64,000 nucleotides of DNA from contig DASXDL010000041.1 of the NCBI GenBank assembly GCA_036490715.1, forward strand, positions 6,478-70,477, read 5' to 3'. The position numbers were made by a program, and so were the translations under genes. Origin of the DNA: Steroidobacteraceae bacterium. GTDB lineage: Bacteria > Pseudomonadota > Gammaproteobacteria > Steroidobacterales > Steroidobacteraceae. Position 1 is the first letter of the stretch; every line of letters begins with the position of its first letter. Positions 13,531 through 25,859 of this stretch are shown piece after piece. Under the pieces are notes generated by a model, which saw only the letters and a program-made list of their open reading frames with translations, was not told the DNA's origin and did not search any database.

Positions 13531-13887
13531 ATGCGTCCCAATCGCCAAGGGCTGCTGCTCCTGCTCGCTCTGACCAGCATGGGCTGTGTCGGGCTCTCTC
13601 CCCACGGCAGTCCCGCCAGCATGACGGACGTCGACATTGCCACCTTTAGGGACGGCTTCCGCGCCGGCTGTACCGACGCGGCCATCGGCCACGGCAAGTC
13701 GCGCCAGCAAGCCGCTGAGGATTGCTCTTGTATCCTCGGCACGCTGCAGCGCGTGCTCACACACGAGGAGTGGCAGCGCCTCACCTACGAGGGGCAAAAT
13801 GGTATGGAGAGCGATGAGCTCGCGGCGATTGCGTCCCACGTCGAGGCACTTCGATCGTGCCTGGCTCAGGTGCCGTGGAAAACGTAG
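13531..13887 (+). CDS. small putative lipoprotein, function unknown
   Basis: MRPNRQGLLLLLALTSMGC is a lipobox-like signal. 118 aa with four further Cys. It is inserted between mnmE and mnmG. Confidence 0.5.
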   Translation: MRPNRQGLLLLLALTSMGCVGLSPHGSPASMTDVDIATFRDGFRAGCTDAAIGHGKSRQQAAEDCSCILGTLQRVLTHEEWQRLTYEGQNGMESDELAAIASHVEALRSCLAQVPWKT

Positions 13888-14020
13888 GGACCGGGATTTG
13901 TATCATTTACGCCTAGTAAATGCTCCAGTTTAGCCAGTGCATCGCCCTTATACGAAACAATGAAGCCCTCCGGGCCGCTATTTGCCTACTCGTCGTCACG
14001 GCCCGCACACTGCGCGCCCC

Positions 14021-15916
14021 ATGCAGTACGCCGATTCTTTTGACGTGATCGTGGTCGGTGGCGGTCACGCCGGCACCGAGGCCGCACTGGCGGCCGCGCG
14101 CATGGGCCAGCGCACGCTGCTGCTGACGCACAGCATCGAGACGCTGGGTGCGATGAGCTGCAACCCGGCCATTGGCGGCATCGGCAAGGGCCATCTGGTG
14201 CGCGAGATCGATGCGCTCGGCGGCGCGATGGCACGCGCGGCCGACCTCGCCGGCATCCAGTTTCGAACCCTCAATGCCAGCAAGGGTGCGGCGGTGCGCG
14301 CCACGCGGGCGCAGGCCGACCGTGCGCTGTACCGGGCTGCGATCCGGCGCATGCTCGAGAACCAGCCGGGGCTGGTGCTGTTTCAGCAGGAGGCCGCCGA
14401 CCTGGTGATCGACTCGGGCCGCATCCGCGGCGTGACCACCGTCACTGGCATCGTGTTCGAGGCACGCAGTGTCGTGCTCACGGTCGGTACGTTTCTGGAT
14501 GGTCGTATTCACGTTGGCCTGGACCACCATGCCGGCGGCCGCGCCGGCGAGCCGCCGAGCCAGCGCCTGGCACGGCGACTGCGTGAGATCGCGCCGCGCG
14601 TCGGCCGACTCAAGACCGGCACCCCGCCGCGCATCGACGGTCGCAGCATCGACTACCGGGCGCTCGAGCTGCAGCCGAGCGACACGCCACTGCCGGTGTT
14701 CTCGTTTCTGGGACGCGTCAGTGAGCACCCGCGCCAGCTGCCCTGTCACATCACCCACACCAACGAGCGCACCCACGCGCTGATCCGCGCCGCCTTCGAT
14801 CGCTCGCCGATGTACACCGGCGCCATCGAGGGCGTCGGTCCGCGCTACTGCCCTTCGATCGAGGACAAGGTCAGCCGCTTCGCCGACAAGAGCGCGCACC
14901 AGATATTCATCGAGCCTGAAGGGCTCAACACCCACGAGGTGTATCCGAATGGCATCTCCACCAGCCTGCCGTTCGACGTGCAGCAGCAGCTGGTGCGCAG
15001 CATCCAAGGACTGACGCGCGCCCACCTGACGCGCCCGGGCTACGCGATCGAGTACGACTTCTTCGATCCGCGCGATCTTCAGGGCTCGCTCGAAACCCGC
15101 AGCGTGGCGGGGCTTTATTTCGCCGGCCAGATCAACGGCACCACCGGCTACGAGGAGGCGGCGGCGCAGGGATTGCTCGCCGGCATCAACGCCGCGCTGG
15201 CCTGCCGCGACGCACCGCCGTACCTGCCGGCGCGCAGCGAGGCCTACCTCGGGGTGCTGGTGGATGACCTGATCACGCGCGGCACCAGCGAGCCGTATCG
15301 CATGTTCACCAGCCGGGCCGAACACCGCCTGCTGCTGCGCGAGGACAACGCGGATGCGCGACTGACGCCGCGCGGACGCGAGCTGGGGCTGGTCGATGAC
15401 GAACGCTGGACATTGTTTGAGGCCAAGCAGGCCGGCAGCGCCGCTGGACTGGAGCGCCTCATGGCGCGTCGTTTCCTGCCGGGCCAGATTCCGGACGAGT
15501 GGGCCCAGCGCGTGCTCGGCTGCTCCCCGCCGAGCCGGGACCTGAGCGCTTTTGATCTGCTGCGCCGCCCGCAGGTCGACTACCTGCGGCTACTGGAACT
15601 GGATCCGGCCCTGGCACCTGATTTGCCTTGCGACGAGCGACTGGCGCCGCAGGTGCTGCGTGACCTCGAGGTGCGCACCAAGTACGCCGGCTACATCGAG
15701 CGCGCGGCCCAGGAAATCGAGCGCAATGCCCGGCAGGAGCACCTGCCGATGCCGGCCGACCTGGATTACCGCCGGCTCACCGGACTGTCCCATGAGGTGC
15801 GGCAGCAGCTGACCGCGGCGCGACCGGCGACCCTCGGCCAGGCCTCGCGTATCCCCGGGGTCACCCCGGCGGCGGTGTCGATTCTGCTGGTGCATCTGCG
15901 ACGCCATGCCGGCTAA
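14021..15916 (+). CDS. mnmG: tRNA uridine 5-carboxymethylaminomethyl modification enzyme MnmG (GidA)
   Basis: ATG at 14021 gives [29 protein letters not shown] (FAD fold). About 631 aa. Confidence 0.96.
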   Translation: MQYADSFDVIVVGGGHAGTEAALAAARMGQRTLLLTHSIETLGAMSCNPAIGGIGKGHLVREIDALGGAMARAADLAGIQFRTLNASKGAAVRATRAQADRALYRAAIRRMLENQPGLVLFQQEAADLVIDSGRIRGVTTVTGIVFEARSVVLTVGTFLDGRIHVGLDHHAGGRAGEPPSQRLARRLREIAPRVGRLKTGTPPRIDGRSIDYRALELQPSDTPLPVFSFLGRVSEHPRQLPCHITHTNERTHALIRAAFDRSPMYTGAIEGVGPRYCPSIEDKVSRFADKSAHQIFIEPEGLNTHEVYPNGISTSLPFDVQQQLVRSIQGLTRAHLTRPGYAIEYDFFDPRDLQGSLETRSVAGLYFAGQINGTTGYEEAAAQGLLAGINAALACRDAPPYLPARSEAYLGVLVDDLITRGTSEPYRMFTSRAEHRLLLREDNADARLTPRGRELGLVDDERWTLFEAKQAGSAAGLERLMARRFLPGQIPDEWAQRVLGCSPPSRDLSAFDLLRRPQVDYLRLLELDPALAPDLPCDERLAPQVLRDLEVRTKYAGYIERAAQEIERNARQEHLPMPADLDYRRLTGLSHEVRQQLTAARPATLGQASRIPGVTPAAVSILLVHLRRHAG

Positions 15917-15958
15917 GATCGGCCCATACTGACTGCCAGGGAAAGGGGGGAGTGAGTC

Positions 15959-16387
15959 ATGACCACTGCCGCGGCGCTGCTCAAGCACAAGGCCGGAGGG
16001 ATCTTTGGCGTATCGCCGGATGCCCCAGTGCTCGAGGCGATCCGCCTCATGGCCGAACACAGCGTCGGCGCGCTGCTGGTGATGCAGGGCGAGCAGCTGG
16101 TCGGGGTGGTATCCGAGCGCGATTACGCCCGCAAGGTCATTCTCAAGGGACGCTCATCCAACGACACGCCGGTGCGCCAGATCATGAGCTCACCGGTGCT
16201 GACCGTGCGCCCCGAACAGTCGGTCAACGACTGCATGCGCATCATGACCGAGAATCGCATCCGCCACCTGCCGGTGACCGAGGGCGCGCAAGTCATCGGC
16301 GTGCTGTCGATCGGCGATCTGGTGCGCGCGGTGCTCGAAGAGCAGCAGCGCACAATCGCCGAGCTCGAGCACTACATTCACAGTTAG
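15959..16387 (+). CDS. CBS domain-containing protein
   Basis: 142 aa with two CBS repeats (VGALLVMQGEQLVGVVSERD and IRHLPVTEGAQVIGVLSIGD). A strong SD (GGGGGGAG) lies upstream. Confidence 0.85.
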   Translation: MTTAAALLKHKAGGIFGVSPDAPVLEAIRLMAEHSVGALLVMQGEQLVGVVSERDYARKVILKGRSSNDTPVRQIMSSPVLTVRPEQSVNDCMRIMTENRIRHLPVTEGAQVIGVLSIGDLVRAVLEEQQRTIAELEHYIHS

Positions 16388-16392
16388 AGCCG

Positions 16393-17853
16393 CTATTTGC
16401 GCCAGAATGTCGGTGTGAACAGCACCGCGAACGTGATGATCTCGACCCGGCCCAGGAACATGGCCGCGATGCACACCCAGCACTGAAAATCGCTCAGCGC
16501 CGCGTAGCTGCTGCCCGGTCCGACCACGTTCAGCCCCGGCCCGACGTTGTTGATGCAGGCGACGATGGCTGAAAACGACGAGATGAAATCCAGGCCCGAT
16601 ATCAGCAGTGCGAACACCAGCACCACGATCGTGATGAAGTACAAAAATATGAACGCCAGCGCCGCATACACCACGCCGTCGGGCACCGCCTGGCCGGAGA
16701 TCTTCAGCGGTGCGACCGATTGCGGATGCACCAGCGTGAACATCTCGCGCAGCGACTGCTTCATCAGGATCAGTGAACGGAACATCTTGATGCCGCCACC
16801 GGTCGAGCCGGTGGTGGCGCACAGGCAGCTCAGGAACAGCATCCACATCGGCGCGAACACCGGCCAGCTGCCGTAGTCGGTGGTCGTAAGCCCGCTGGTG
16901 GTGGCCAGCGAGATGACGTTGAAGGCGGCATAGCGCAGCGACTGCAGCGGGGTCGGATAGACGGCGTTGATCCCAAGAAAGGCGGCAATGCCGACGACGC
17001 TAGCCAGAATCAGCAGCAGCATCCAGCGCACCTCCGGATCGCGCCGGTAGGCCTTGGCATCGCCCTTGCGCAGCGCGGTGAAGTGCGTGGCGAAGTTCAT
17101 GGCGGCGATCAGCATGAAGATCATCAGCACCAGTTCGATCAGCGGCGAATCGAAGTAGCCGATACTGGCATCGTGGGTCGAGAAGGCGCCCAGCGACAAC
17201 GCCGAGAAGGCGTGGCAGATCGCGTCGAACGCCGACATGCCGGCCAGCCACAGTGCCAGCGCGCAGGCCATCGTCATGCCGGCGTACACGACCCACAGCG
17301 TGCGTGCGGCTTCGGTGATGCGCGGCGCGAGCTTGGCATCCTTGACCGGGCCGGGCGCGCCCGAGCGATACAACTGCATGCCGCCCACGCCCAGCAGCGG
17401 CAACACCGCCACCGCCAGCACGATGATGCCCATGCCGCCGAGCCAGCTGAGCGCGTGGCGCCACAGGTTGACGCTGTACGGCAGCTTGTCCAGGCCGCGT
17501 AGCACGGTCGCGCCGGTGGTCGACAGCCCCGACATGGCTTCGAAATAGGCGCGCGTGAACGATAGCCCCGGCAGATCCACCAGCAGCGGGATCGCGGCGA
17601 CCGCGGCCAGCGTCAGACAGCTGAGCGTCACCAGCAGGTAGGCGTCGCGCGATTTCAGGTCGTAGCGATACTGCTGCGTGGCCAGACGCAGCAGCAGGCC
17701 GCCCAGCGCCGCCAGCCCGGCCCCGGCCGCGAAACCCCGCAGCGCCGTGAGCTCGCCGTACAGCAGCGCGGTCAGGATCGGCAGCAGGAAGAACAGCGCG
17801 AACCAGGTCAGCAGCGAGCCGACGATGCTCAACACCCCAAGCACCGAGCGCAT
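16393..17853 (-). CDS. trkH: Trk system potassium uptake protein TrkH
   Basis: 486-aa polytopic membrane protein of the TrkH/KtrB type, directly downstream of trkA. Confidence 0.9.
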   Translation of the reverse strand: MRSVLGVLSIVGSLLTWFALFFLLPILTALLYGELTALRGFAAGAGLAALGGLLLRLATQQYRYDLKSRDAYLLVTLSCLTLAAVAAIPLLVDLPGLSFTRAYFEAMSGLSTTGATVLRGLDKLPYSVNLWRHALSWLGGMGIIVLAVAVLPLLGVGGMQLYRSGAPGPVKDAKLAPRITEAARTLWVVYAGMTMACALALWLAGMSAFDAICHAFSALSLGAFSTHDASIGYFDSPLIELVLMIFMLIAAMNFATHFTALRKGDAKAYRRDPEVRWMLLLILASVVGIAAFLGINAVYPTPLQSLRYAAFNVISLATTSGLTTTDYGSWPVFAPMWMLFLSCLCATTGSTGGGIKMFRSLILMKQSLREMFTLVHPQSVAPLKISGQAVPDGVVYAALAFIFLYFITIVVLVFALLISGLDFISSFSAIVACINNVGPGLNVVGPGSSYAALSDFQCWVCIAAMFLGRVEIITFAVLFTPTFWRK

Positions 17854-17865
17854 CCTGCGGTTTCC

Positions 17866-19233
17866 TTAAGCCTCGGTCTGGAACAGCCGCTCGACCGCGT
17901 CGATGTGGCGCCGGTCGGTCAGGAAGATGATCACGTGATCTTCGGTCTCGAGCTGGGTGTCGTGGTGCGCCATGATGACGTTGTCGCCGCGCACGATCGC
18001 GACGATGCTGGCGCCCGAGGGCAGCTTGATCTGTTCCAGGCGCCGCCCGACCACCTGCGAGCGCTCCTGGGTGCCGTGCACGATCGCCTCGATGGCTTCG
18101 GCCGCGCCGCGCCGCAGCGAGTGCACGCGCACCACATCGCCGCGGCGCACGTGCGCCAGCAGCGAGCCGATGGTGATGGTCTGCGGCGAGATCACGATGT
18201 CGATGCTGTGATTTTCCATCAGCTCGCCGTACGAGGGCCGGTTGATCAGCGCCATCACGCGCCGCGCCCCCAGGCGCTTGGCCAGCATGGCCGACAGCAC
18301 GTTGGCTTCCTCGGAATTGGTCAGGGCGGCGAATACGTCGGCGCTGTCGATGTTCTCCTCGACCAGCAGCTCCTCGTCGGCGGCGTCGCCGTTGAGCACG
18401 ATGGTGTTCTCGAGCAGCTCGGAGATGCGGCGCGCACGCCGCGCGTCGCGCTCGATCAGCTTCACCTGATTGCTCTTCTCGAGCGTGCGTGCCAGCCGAA
18501 AGCCGATGTTGCCGCCGCCGGCGATCACCAGCCGGCGCACCGGGTCCTCGCTGCGGCGCAGTTCCGCCATCACCCGTCGCAGATCGTCCTGGGCGGCGAC
18601 GAAAAAAATCTCGTCGTTCTCCTCGACCACGGTGTCGCCGGTGGGCCGTACCAGGCGCTCGTTGCGATAGATTGCGGCTACACGTGCCTCGGTATCCGGC
18701 AGGTGCTCACGCAGCGTGCGCAGCGCGCGCCCGACCAGCAGGCCGTCGCGACGCGCGCGCACTCCGACCAGCTGCACCCGGCCGTCGGCGAAATCCACCA
18801 CCTGCAGCGCGCCCGGATAGGTCAGCAGCCGGGCGATGTATTCGGTCACCAGCTGCTCGGGGCTGATCCACACGTCCACCGCCAGTGCGCCGTCGGCAAA
18901 CAGCGCCGTGCGGGTGGTGTATTCGGGGGCGCGCACACGCGCGATCTTGGTGGGCGTGCGATACAGCGTGTAGGCGATTTCGCAGGCGACGATGTTGACC
19001 TCATCGCTGCTGGTGAGCGCCACCAGCACGTCGGTGTCGGCGATGCCGGCCGCTTCCAGTACCGCCGGGTGCGAGCCGTGACCGGCGACCGCGCGGATGT
19101 CGAGCCGGTCCTGCAGGTCGCGCAGCACGTCCTCGTTGGTGTCGATCACCGTGACTTCGTTGGCCGGTTCGCGCGACAGGTGATAGGCCGCCGTGCGGCC
19201 GACCTGGCCGGCACCCAGAATCAGGACCTTCAT
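17866..19233 (-). CDS. trkA: Trk system potassium uptake protein TrkA
   Basis: 455 aa with two RCK/KTN Rossmann modules (MKVLILGAGQVGRT and LVIAGGGNIGFRLA). Confidence 0.93.
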   Translation of the reverse strand: MKVLILGAGQVGRTAAYHLSREPANEVTVIDTNEDVLRDLQDRLDIRAVAGHGSHPAVLEAAGIADTDVLVALTSSDEVNIVACEIAYTLYRTPTKIARVRAPEYTTRTALFADGALAVDVWISPEQLVTEYIARLLTYPGALQVVDFADGRVQLVGVRARRDGLLVGRALRTLREHLPDTEARVAAIYRNERLVRPTGDTVVEENDEIFFVAAQDDLRRVMAELRRSEDPVRRLVIAGGGNIGFRLARTLEKSNQVKLIERDARRARRISELLENTIVLNGDAADEELLVEENIDSADVFAALTNSEEANVLSAMLAKRLGARRVMALINRPSYGELMENHSIDIVISPQTITIGSLLAHVRRGDVVRVHSLRRGAAEAIEAIVHGTQERSQVVGRRLEQIKLPSGASIVAIVRGDNVIMAHHDTQLETEDHVIIFLTDRRHIDAVERLFQTEA

Positions 19234-19237
19234 AAAC

Positions 19238-21430
<2,193 letters not shown>

Positions 21431-21487
21431 GGGGGGCGCGAATTCTACCGCACCGGCTCGCGGCGTTGGGCCGCGAACCTGCTGTAA

Positions 21488-22285
21488 CTACCAGCGATTG
21501 CGCAGCTCGCGCAGCGCCAGGAAAACTTCGCGCGGCGACGGATTGTCGCGCACGCTCGGCTGCGCACGCCGCAGCGCGTCGATGACCGAGAGGCTGTCGA
21601 GACGAAAGAACACGTTGAATTCCTGCTCCTCGCCCAGCGTAGTCAGCGGCATGTCGGCCGGCGCAACGCCCTCGCAGCGTTGCAGCAGCGCGCGCGCCGC
21701 GGCGTTACCCGGTTCGCGATCGAGCGTGAACTGCAGGTTGCGCGCCAGATATTCGTGGCCGGGATACAGGCGCGTCGCCGCCGGCAGCTGCGCCAGACAG
21801 CCGACAAAGGTTTCGTAAAGCAGCAGCGGGTCACCGCCGTGGATGCAGTTGCCGGCACCGGCGTTGAACAGCGTATCGCCGGAGAACAGCACCGGCGACT
21901 GCGCTGCGCCCTCGGCATACAGGCACAGGTGCGCGCGCGTGTGACCGGGCGTGTCGAGGCAGCGCAGCTGCACGCTGCGGCCCACGCGCACCACATCACC
22001 GCCGTGCAGGCCGTGGGTGACACCGCCAATGCGAGCGGCCGCGCCGGCGTGCGCCAGCACCGGCGCGCCGGTGGCTGCAACCATCGCGGCGTTGCCGCCG
22101 GTGTGATCGCCGTGCTCGTGGGTGTTGAAGATCTGGCGGATTTTCCAGCCGAGCTGCTGCGCGCGTTGCAGGCAGGCGGCGGCATTGAGCGGATCCACCG
22201 CCACGGCCTCGCCGGTCTCGCCACAGGCGATCAGGTAATGGAAGTTTCGGGCGCCGTTCGCCGCCCAGATGCGCTCGATCAACAT
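21488..22285 (-). CDS. MBL-fold metallo-hydrolase, glyoxalase II-like
   Basis: 265 aa with the THEHGDHTGGN metal motif and later TPGHT and GD..F motifs. Confidence 0.8.
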   Translation of the reverse strand: MLIERIWAANGARNFHYLIACGETGEAVAVDPLNAAACLQRAQQLGWKIRQIFNTHEHGDHTGGNAAMVAATGAPVLAHAGAAARIGGVTHGLHGGDVVRVGRSVQLRCLDTPGHTRAHLCLYAEGAAQSPVLFSGDTLFNAGAGNCIHGGDPLLLYETFVGCLAQLPAATRLYPGHEYLARNLQFTLDREPGNAAARALLQRCEGVAPADMPLTTLGEEQEFNVFFRLDSLSVIDALRRAQPSVRDNPSPREVFLALRELRNRW

Positions 22286-22298
22286 GCGGTCGGTCGCT

Positions 22299-23198
22299 TT
22301 AGCCCAGCGTCGTGGGCAGGTAGTGATCGAGCAGCAGCGCCAGGAACAGCCACATCAGGTAGGTAATCGAGAAACGGAACATGCGCATCGGCAGCTCGTC
22401 GCGGCCGCTGCGCTTGAGCTCGATCGCCAGCGCCAGGAAGCGCGCGTTCAGCAGCAGTGCCGCGGCCAGATAGATCAGTCCGCTCATGCCGGTCATGTAC
22501 GGCAGCAGCGTCACGACGCACAGGATCACGGTGTAGAGCAGCACGTGCAGGCGGGTGAATTCGACCCCGTGCGTGACCGGCAGCATCGGCACGTCGGCGC
22601 GCGCATAGTCGTGCCGGCGCGCGATCGCCAGCGCCCAGAAGTGCGGCGGCGTCCAGGCGAAGATGATCAGGAACAGCAGCAGCGCCTGGGCGTCGACATG
22701 GTTGGTCACCGCGATCCAACCGAGCACCGGCGGCGCGGCGCCGGCGGCCCCTCCGATCACGATGTTCTGCGGCGTCGCGCGCTTGAGCCAGACGGTGTAG
22801 ACCACTGCGTAGACGATCAGCGAGGCGAAGGTCAGCGCGGCGGTCAACACGTTGACGAATGCCACCAGGATCACCATCGAGCTTAGCCCCAGCAGCAGCG
22901 CGAACGACAGCGCCTGCACCGGGGCCAGCTGCCCGGAGGGCAGCGGACGCTTGCGAGTGCGCGCCATGTGCGCATCGATGCGCCGGTCGAGCACGTGATT
23001 GATGGCGGCCGCCGAGGCCGCCGCCAGCGCGATGCCAAGATTGCCGAACAGCAGCGCATCGAGCGGCGGCAGGCCGGGCGAGGCCAGCAGCGTGCCGACG
23101 ATCGCGGTCAGCACGATCAACGCCACCACCCGCGGCTTGGTCAGCTCCAGGTAGTGGCGCCAGGTGGCCTCGGCGGCGATGGAATGGGCTTGGCTCAT
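22299..23198 (-). CDS. ctaB: protoheme IX farnesyltransferase (heme O synthase)
   Basis: ATG at 23198 overlaps the ctaA stop (ATGA). UbiA-family motif [19 protein letters not shown]. Multi-TM protein. Confidence 0.92.
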   Translation of the reverse strand: MSQAHSIAAEATWRHYLELTKPRVVALIVLTAIVGTLLASPGLPPLDALLFGNLGIALAAASAAAINHVLDRRIDAHMARTRKRPLPSGQLAPVQALSFALLLGLSSMVILVAFVNVLTAALTFASLIVYAVVYTVWLKRATPQNIVIGGAAGAAPPVLGWIAVTNHVDAQALLLFLIIFAWTPPHFWALAIARRHDYARADVPMLPVTHGVEFTRLHVLLYTVILCVVTLLPYMTGMSGLIYLAAALLLNARFLALAIELKRSGRDELPMRMFRFSITYLMWLFLALLLDHYLPTTLG

Positions 23199-24202
23199 GC
23201 GAAACTGATGCGGGTCGAAGCCGGCCGCAGCGAGCGGGTGAGGCTCAAGACTGCCAACAATAGCAGGGCGGCGCCCGCATTGTGTGCCGTCGCTAGCCAC
23301 AGCGGAAAGCCCGCGAGCACCATCGAAATGCCGATGCTCAACTGCAGCGCCAGCAGTGCCAGTACCGCCAGCGCGGCGCGGTTCACGGTTCGATCGGCGC
23401 GCAGCCCGAGCGCGGTCAACGCCGCCGCCAGCAGCGCCAGCGTGACCGCCAGCGCGCCGAGCCGGTGGCTCAAGTGGATCGCGGTGCGGGCCGCACTGTT
23501 AAGGACGCCGCCGTCGTAGTTGATGCCGGCCGACCCGATGAGGCGGTAAGCGGCGTGAAAATCGGTCGGCGGCCACCAGCGCCCTTGGCAGGTGGGGAAG
23601 TCGGGGCAGGCGATCGCGGCGTAGTTGCTGCTGGTCCAGCCGCCGAGTGCGATCTGCAGGCACAGCACGATCAGCCCGGTCAGCGCCAGACGGCGCGCCA
23701 GACGGCGCCGGCCGCGCGTATCCTCCGGCGCCGGTGCCCGCTGGGAGCCCAGGCAAAGCACCAGCCACCACAGCAGCGCCAGGGTGGTGAAGCCGAACAG
23801 CAGATGCAGGCTGACGATCAGCGGTCGCAGCTGCCAGGTCACGGTCATCATGCCCAGAGCCGCCTGCACCACCAGCACCGCCGGCAGCGTCACGACCAGG
23901 CCCGGGGGCACGAGCCGTTGCCGCCGCCACATCACGCCGAGCACCGCGATCAACACGATCAGGCATCCGAGTGTCCCGGCGGCATAGCGGTGCAGCATCT
24001 CGCGCCAGGCCTTGCCCGAATTGAACGCGCCATGGGCATCGCTTGCGGCCCCGAGTGGCGACAGGTGGCCGTAGCAGCCGGGCCAGTCGGGACAGCCGAG
24101 GCCAGCATCGCTCAGGCGCACGTAAGCACCCAGGATGACCACGCCCAGGCACAGCAGGAACGCGGCCAGGGCGATGCGGCGGATCAGGGTGGCGTGATGC
24201 AT
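23195..24202 (-). CDS. ctaA: heme A synthase (COX15/CtaA)
   Basis: 335-aa polytopic protein with [12 protein letters not shown] and [10 protein letters not shown] cysteine pairs and conserved His residues. Confidence 0.9.
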   Translation of the reverse strand: MHHATLIRRIALAAFLLCLGVVILGAYVRLSDAGLGCPDWPGCYGHLSPLGAASDAHGAFNSGKAWREMLHRYAAGTLGCLIVLIAVLGVMWRRQRLVPPGLVVTLPAVLVVQAALGMMTVTWQLRPLIVSLHLLFGFTTLALLWWLVLCLGSQRAPAPEDTRGRRRLARRLALTGLIVLCLQIALGGWTSSNYAAIACPDFPTCQGRWWPPTDFHAAYRLIGSAGINYDGGVLNSAARTAIHLSHRLGALAVTLALLAAALTALGLRADRTVNRAALAVLALLALQLSIGISMVLAGFPLWLATAHNAGAALLLLAVLSLTRSLRPASTRISFA

Positions 24203-24220
24203 GCGCGGTGTCGGTGGCTA

Positions 24221-24844
24221 TCAGCCGATGTGCGACAGGCCCAACAGCTGCTTCATATCATCGTGCAAGCCACGCGGCCGGTCATGGGTGTCGTAGCGCA
24301 TCATCAGGTTGCCCAGAGGATCGATGATGAAGAGGGTCGCCGCGCGCTGATCGTCCGGGAACTGCGCCAGCAGCGGCGCCGCCTGCGGTGCATCGGCGCG
24401 CAACACGATCAGGCCGGGCTGCTCGCGCGCCAGGTAATTGGCGTCGCAGCAGTGTGCGGTGACCAGGAATACGCGCTGCAGGCGCGAGGTCTGGTTGCCA
24501 AGACCCAGATAGGTCTGGCGCATGAAGTAGAGCGCCTGGCGGCAGGCCGCATCGCAGTCGCCGTCACCGATGTATAGCAGCGACCATTTGCCCTGCAGTA
24601 CCGTCGGCGCCGACATCACTTCCTGCGCGCCCGGCGCGCTCTGCGTGGCGATGAACTGCGGCAGCAGCAGCGGCGGCAGCGGTCGGGCCGGCCGGATCAG
24701 GCTGCCGTGGTTGGTCTGGCCGCTCGGGCGCCAGTCGAAACCGTAATAAAGCAGAAACGCCAAGCCCAGCGGCAATAGAAACAGCGCTCCGAGCAGCAGC
24801 AGCAGCGTGCGGCGCCGCGGCGCGGCCAGCGTTGCGGTGCTCAC
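24221..24844 (-). CDS. membrane-anchored SCO1/SenC-like thioredoxin-fold protein (CxxxC = CDAAC), cytochrome oxidase biogenesis context
   Basis: GTG at 24844 overlaps the SURF1 stop (GTGA). It has a single TM segment (LLLLLGALFLLPLGLAFLLYY). GKWSLLYIGDGDCDAACRQAL and LFIIDPLGNLMMRY resemble the SCO/TlpA layout. Confidence 0.55.
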   Translation of the reverse strand: MSTATLAAPRRRTLLLLLGALFLLPLGLAFLLYYGFDWRPSGQTNHGSLIRPARPLPPLLLPQFIATQSAPGAQEVMSAPTVLQGKWSLLYIGDGDCDAACRQALYFMRQTYLGLGNQTSRLQRVFLVTAHCCDANYLAREQPGLIVLRADAPQAAPLLAQFPDDQRAATLFIIDPLGNLMMRYDTHDRPRGLHDDMKQLLGLSHIG

Positions 24845-25575
24845 GGCGGCCTCCGCTGCAGGTTCATGTAGCCATACAACCCCAGTGCCAGCGCGCCAAA
24901 GGCCCACCACTGCAGCGCATACGACAGGTGGCGCATGGCCCCCATGCCGCCCACGTGCCAGTCGCGCAGGTAGCCGAGCGGCTGGGACGGATCGAGCAAC
25001 AGCTGGCGGCTCTGCAGGCTCAGGGCCAGCGTCGAGGACAGATCCGCCATGGTCGGAAAGCTGGTCAACTTCGGCCACGCCGGTCCCGGTGGCGGTGCGG
25101 CATGACCGAGCGCGATGCCGGCGACCGGCAGGTCATCCAGCCGCCCGATCGGGGTCTGCCGGCCGGCCTCATCGAGGTGCACATCCGGCAACTGCCGGCG
25201 GCTGATGCCGGCCGGGATCCAGCCGCGATTGACGATCACCGTACGGCCATCGCTCAGGTGCAGCGGTGTCAGGACCTGGTAGCCGGGCCGGCCCTCGTGC
25301 GACATGTTGTCGAGCAGGAACTGGTGATCGCCGTCATAGCGGCCGTCGAGGCGCACCTCGCTGTAGCGCGGCAACGCCGCCGTCGAGCGACCGTCAAGCG
25401 TGTTGACGCTGGTGGCACCGCTCATGAACTGCTGCTCGAGCGCCTGCCGTTGCTGTCCGCGGTGCCACTGCCAGCGGCCGAGGTAGAAAAACAGCAGCAG
25501 CGCGGCCACGGTCAGCGCGGTCATGGCCCAGCTCGCGGACCAGCGGCAGCGGCCGATTTCCAGGGTCAGCGGCAC
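24841..25575 (-). CDS. SURF1 family cytochrome oxidase assembly protein
   Basis: 244 aa with FYLGRWQWHRGQQRQ near the N-terminus and a second C-terminal TM segment. GTG start preceded by GGAG. Confidence 0.88.
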   Translation of the reverse strand: MPLTLEIGRCRWSASWAMTALTVAALLLFFYLGRWQWHRGQQRQALEQQFMSGATSVNTLDGRSTAALPRYSEVRLDGRYDGDHQFLLDNMSHEGRPGYQVLTPLHLSDGRTVIVNRGWIPAGISRRQLPDVHLDEAGRQTPIGRLDDLPVAGIALGHAAPPPGPAWPKLTSFPTMADLSSTLALSLQSRQLLLDPSQPLGYLRDWHVGGMGAMRHLSYALQWWAFGALALGLYGYMNLQRRPP

Positions 25576-25604
25576 GTCTAGGCTCCATCGGGGAGGCGCG
25601 CATT

Positions 25605-25853
25605 GTGCAGGCCGGGGCCCTGCGAGTACATACTGCGAGCGTGGACGTCATTCGTATCATGATCTTTGTGCTGCTGGCCGCAATCATCTCCAGCCTCGGC
25701 ATGGCGCTCTATCACCTGTCCACAGGCCGACGGGATTCGCAGAAGATGCTGCGCGCACTGTCGCTGCGCATCGGCCTGTCGATCGGGCTGTTCGTGCTGC
25801 TGCTGATCGCCTGGCGGGTCGGACTGATCACACCGCGCGGGCTGCCGCCCTGA
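25605..25853 (+). CDS. twin-transmembrane-helix small protein (DUF2909/HIG1-like)
   Basis: Two TM helices (IMIFVLLAAIISSLGMALYHL and LRIGLSIGLFVLLLIAW). GTG at 25605 is preceded by GGGGAGG. A shorter ATG start at 25659 is possible. Confidence 0.65.
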   Translation: MQAGALRVHTASVDVIRIMIFVLLAAIISSLGMALYHLSTGRRDSQKMLRALSLRIGLSIGLFVLLLIAWRVGLITPRGLPP

Positions 25854-25859
25854 AGCGCG

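Noticed and set aside
13888-14020. AT-richer leader of mnmG as oriC (the E. coli-type gidA-adjacent location)
   Set aside because: The best DnaA-box-like 9-mer (TTATACGAA) has two mismatches, and there are no repeated boxes. It is more simply a promoter/leader region.
13913-15325. 470-aa ORF antisense to mnmG. Similar antisense ORFs: 1267-2814, 26702-28261, 28396-29457, 39768-41363, 45599-47212, 49989-51620, 52890-54137, 60352-61467, 60729-62207, 61898-63310.
   Set aside because: All lie opposite strongly supported genes, have low-complexity Arg/Ala/Gly-rich translations, and show no start-site signals. They are treated as high-GC artefacts.
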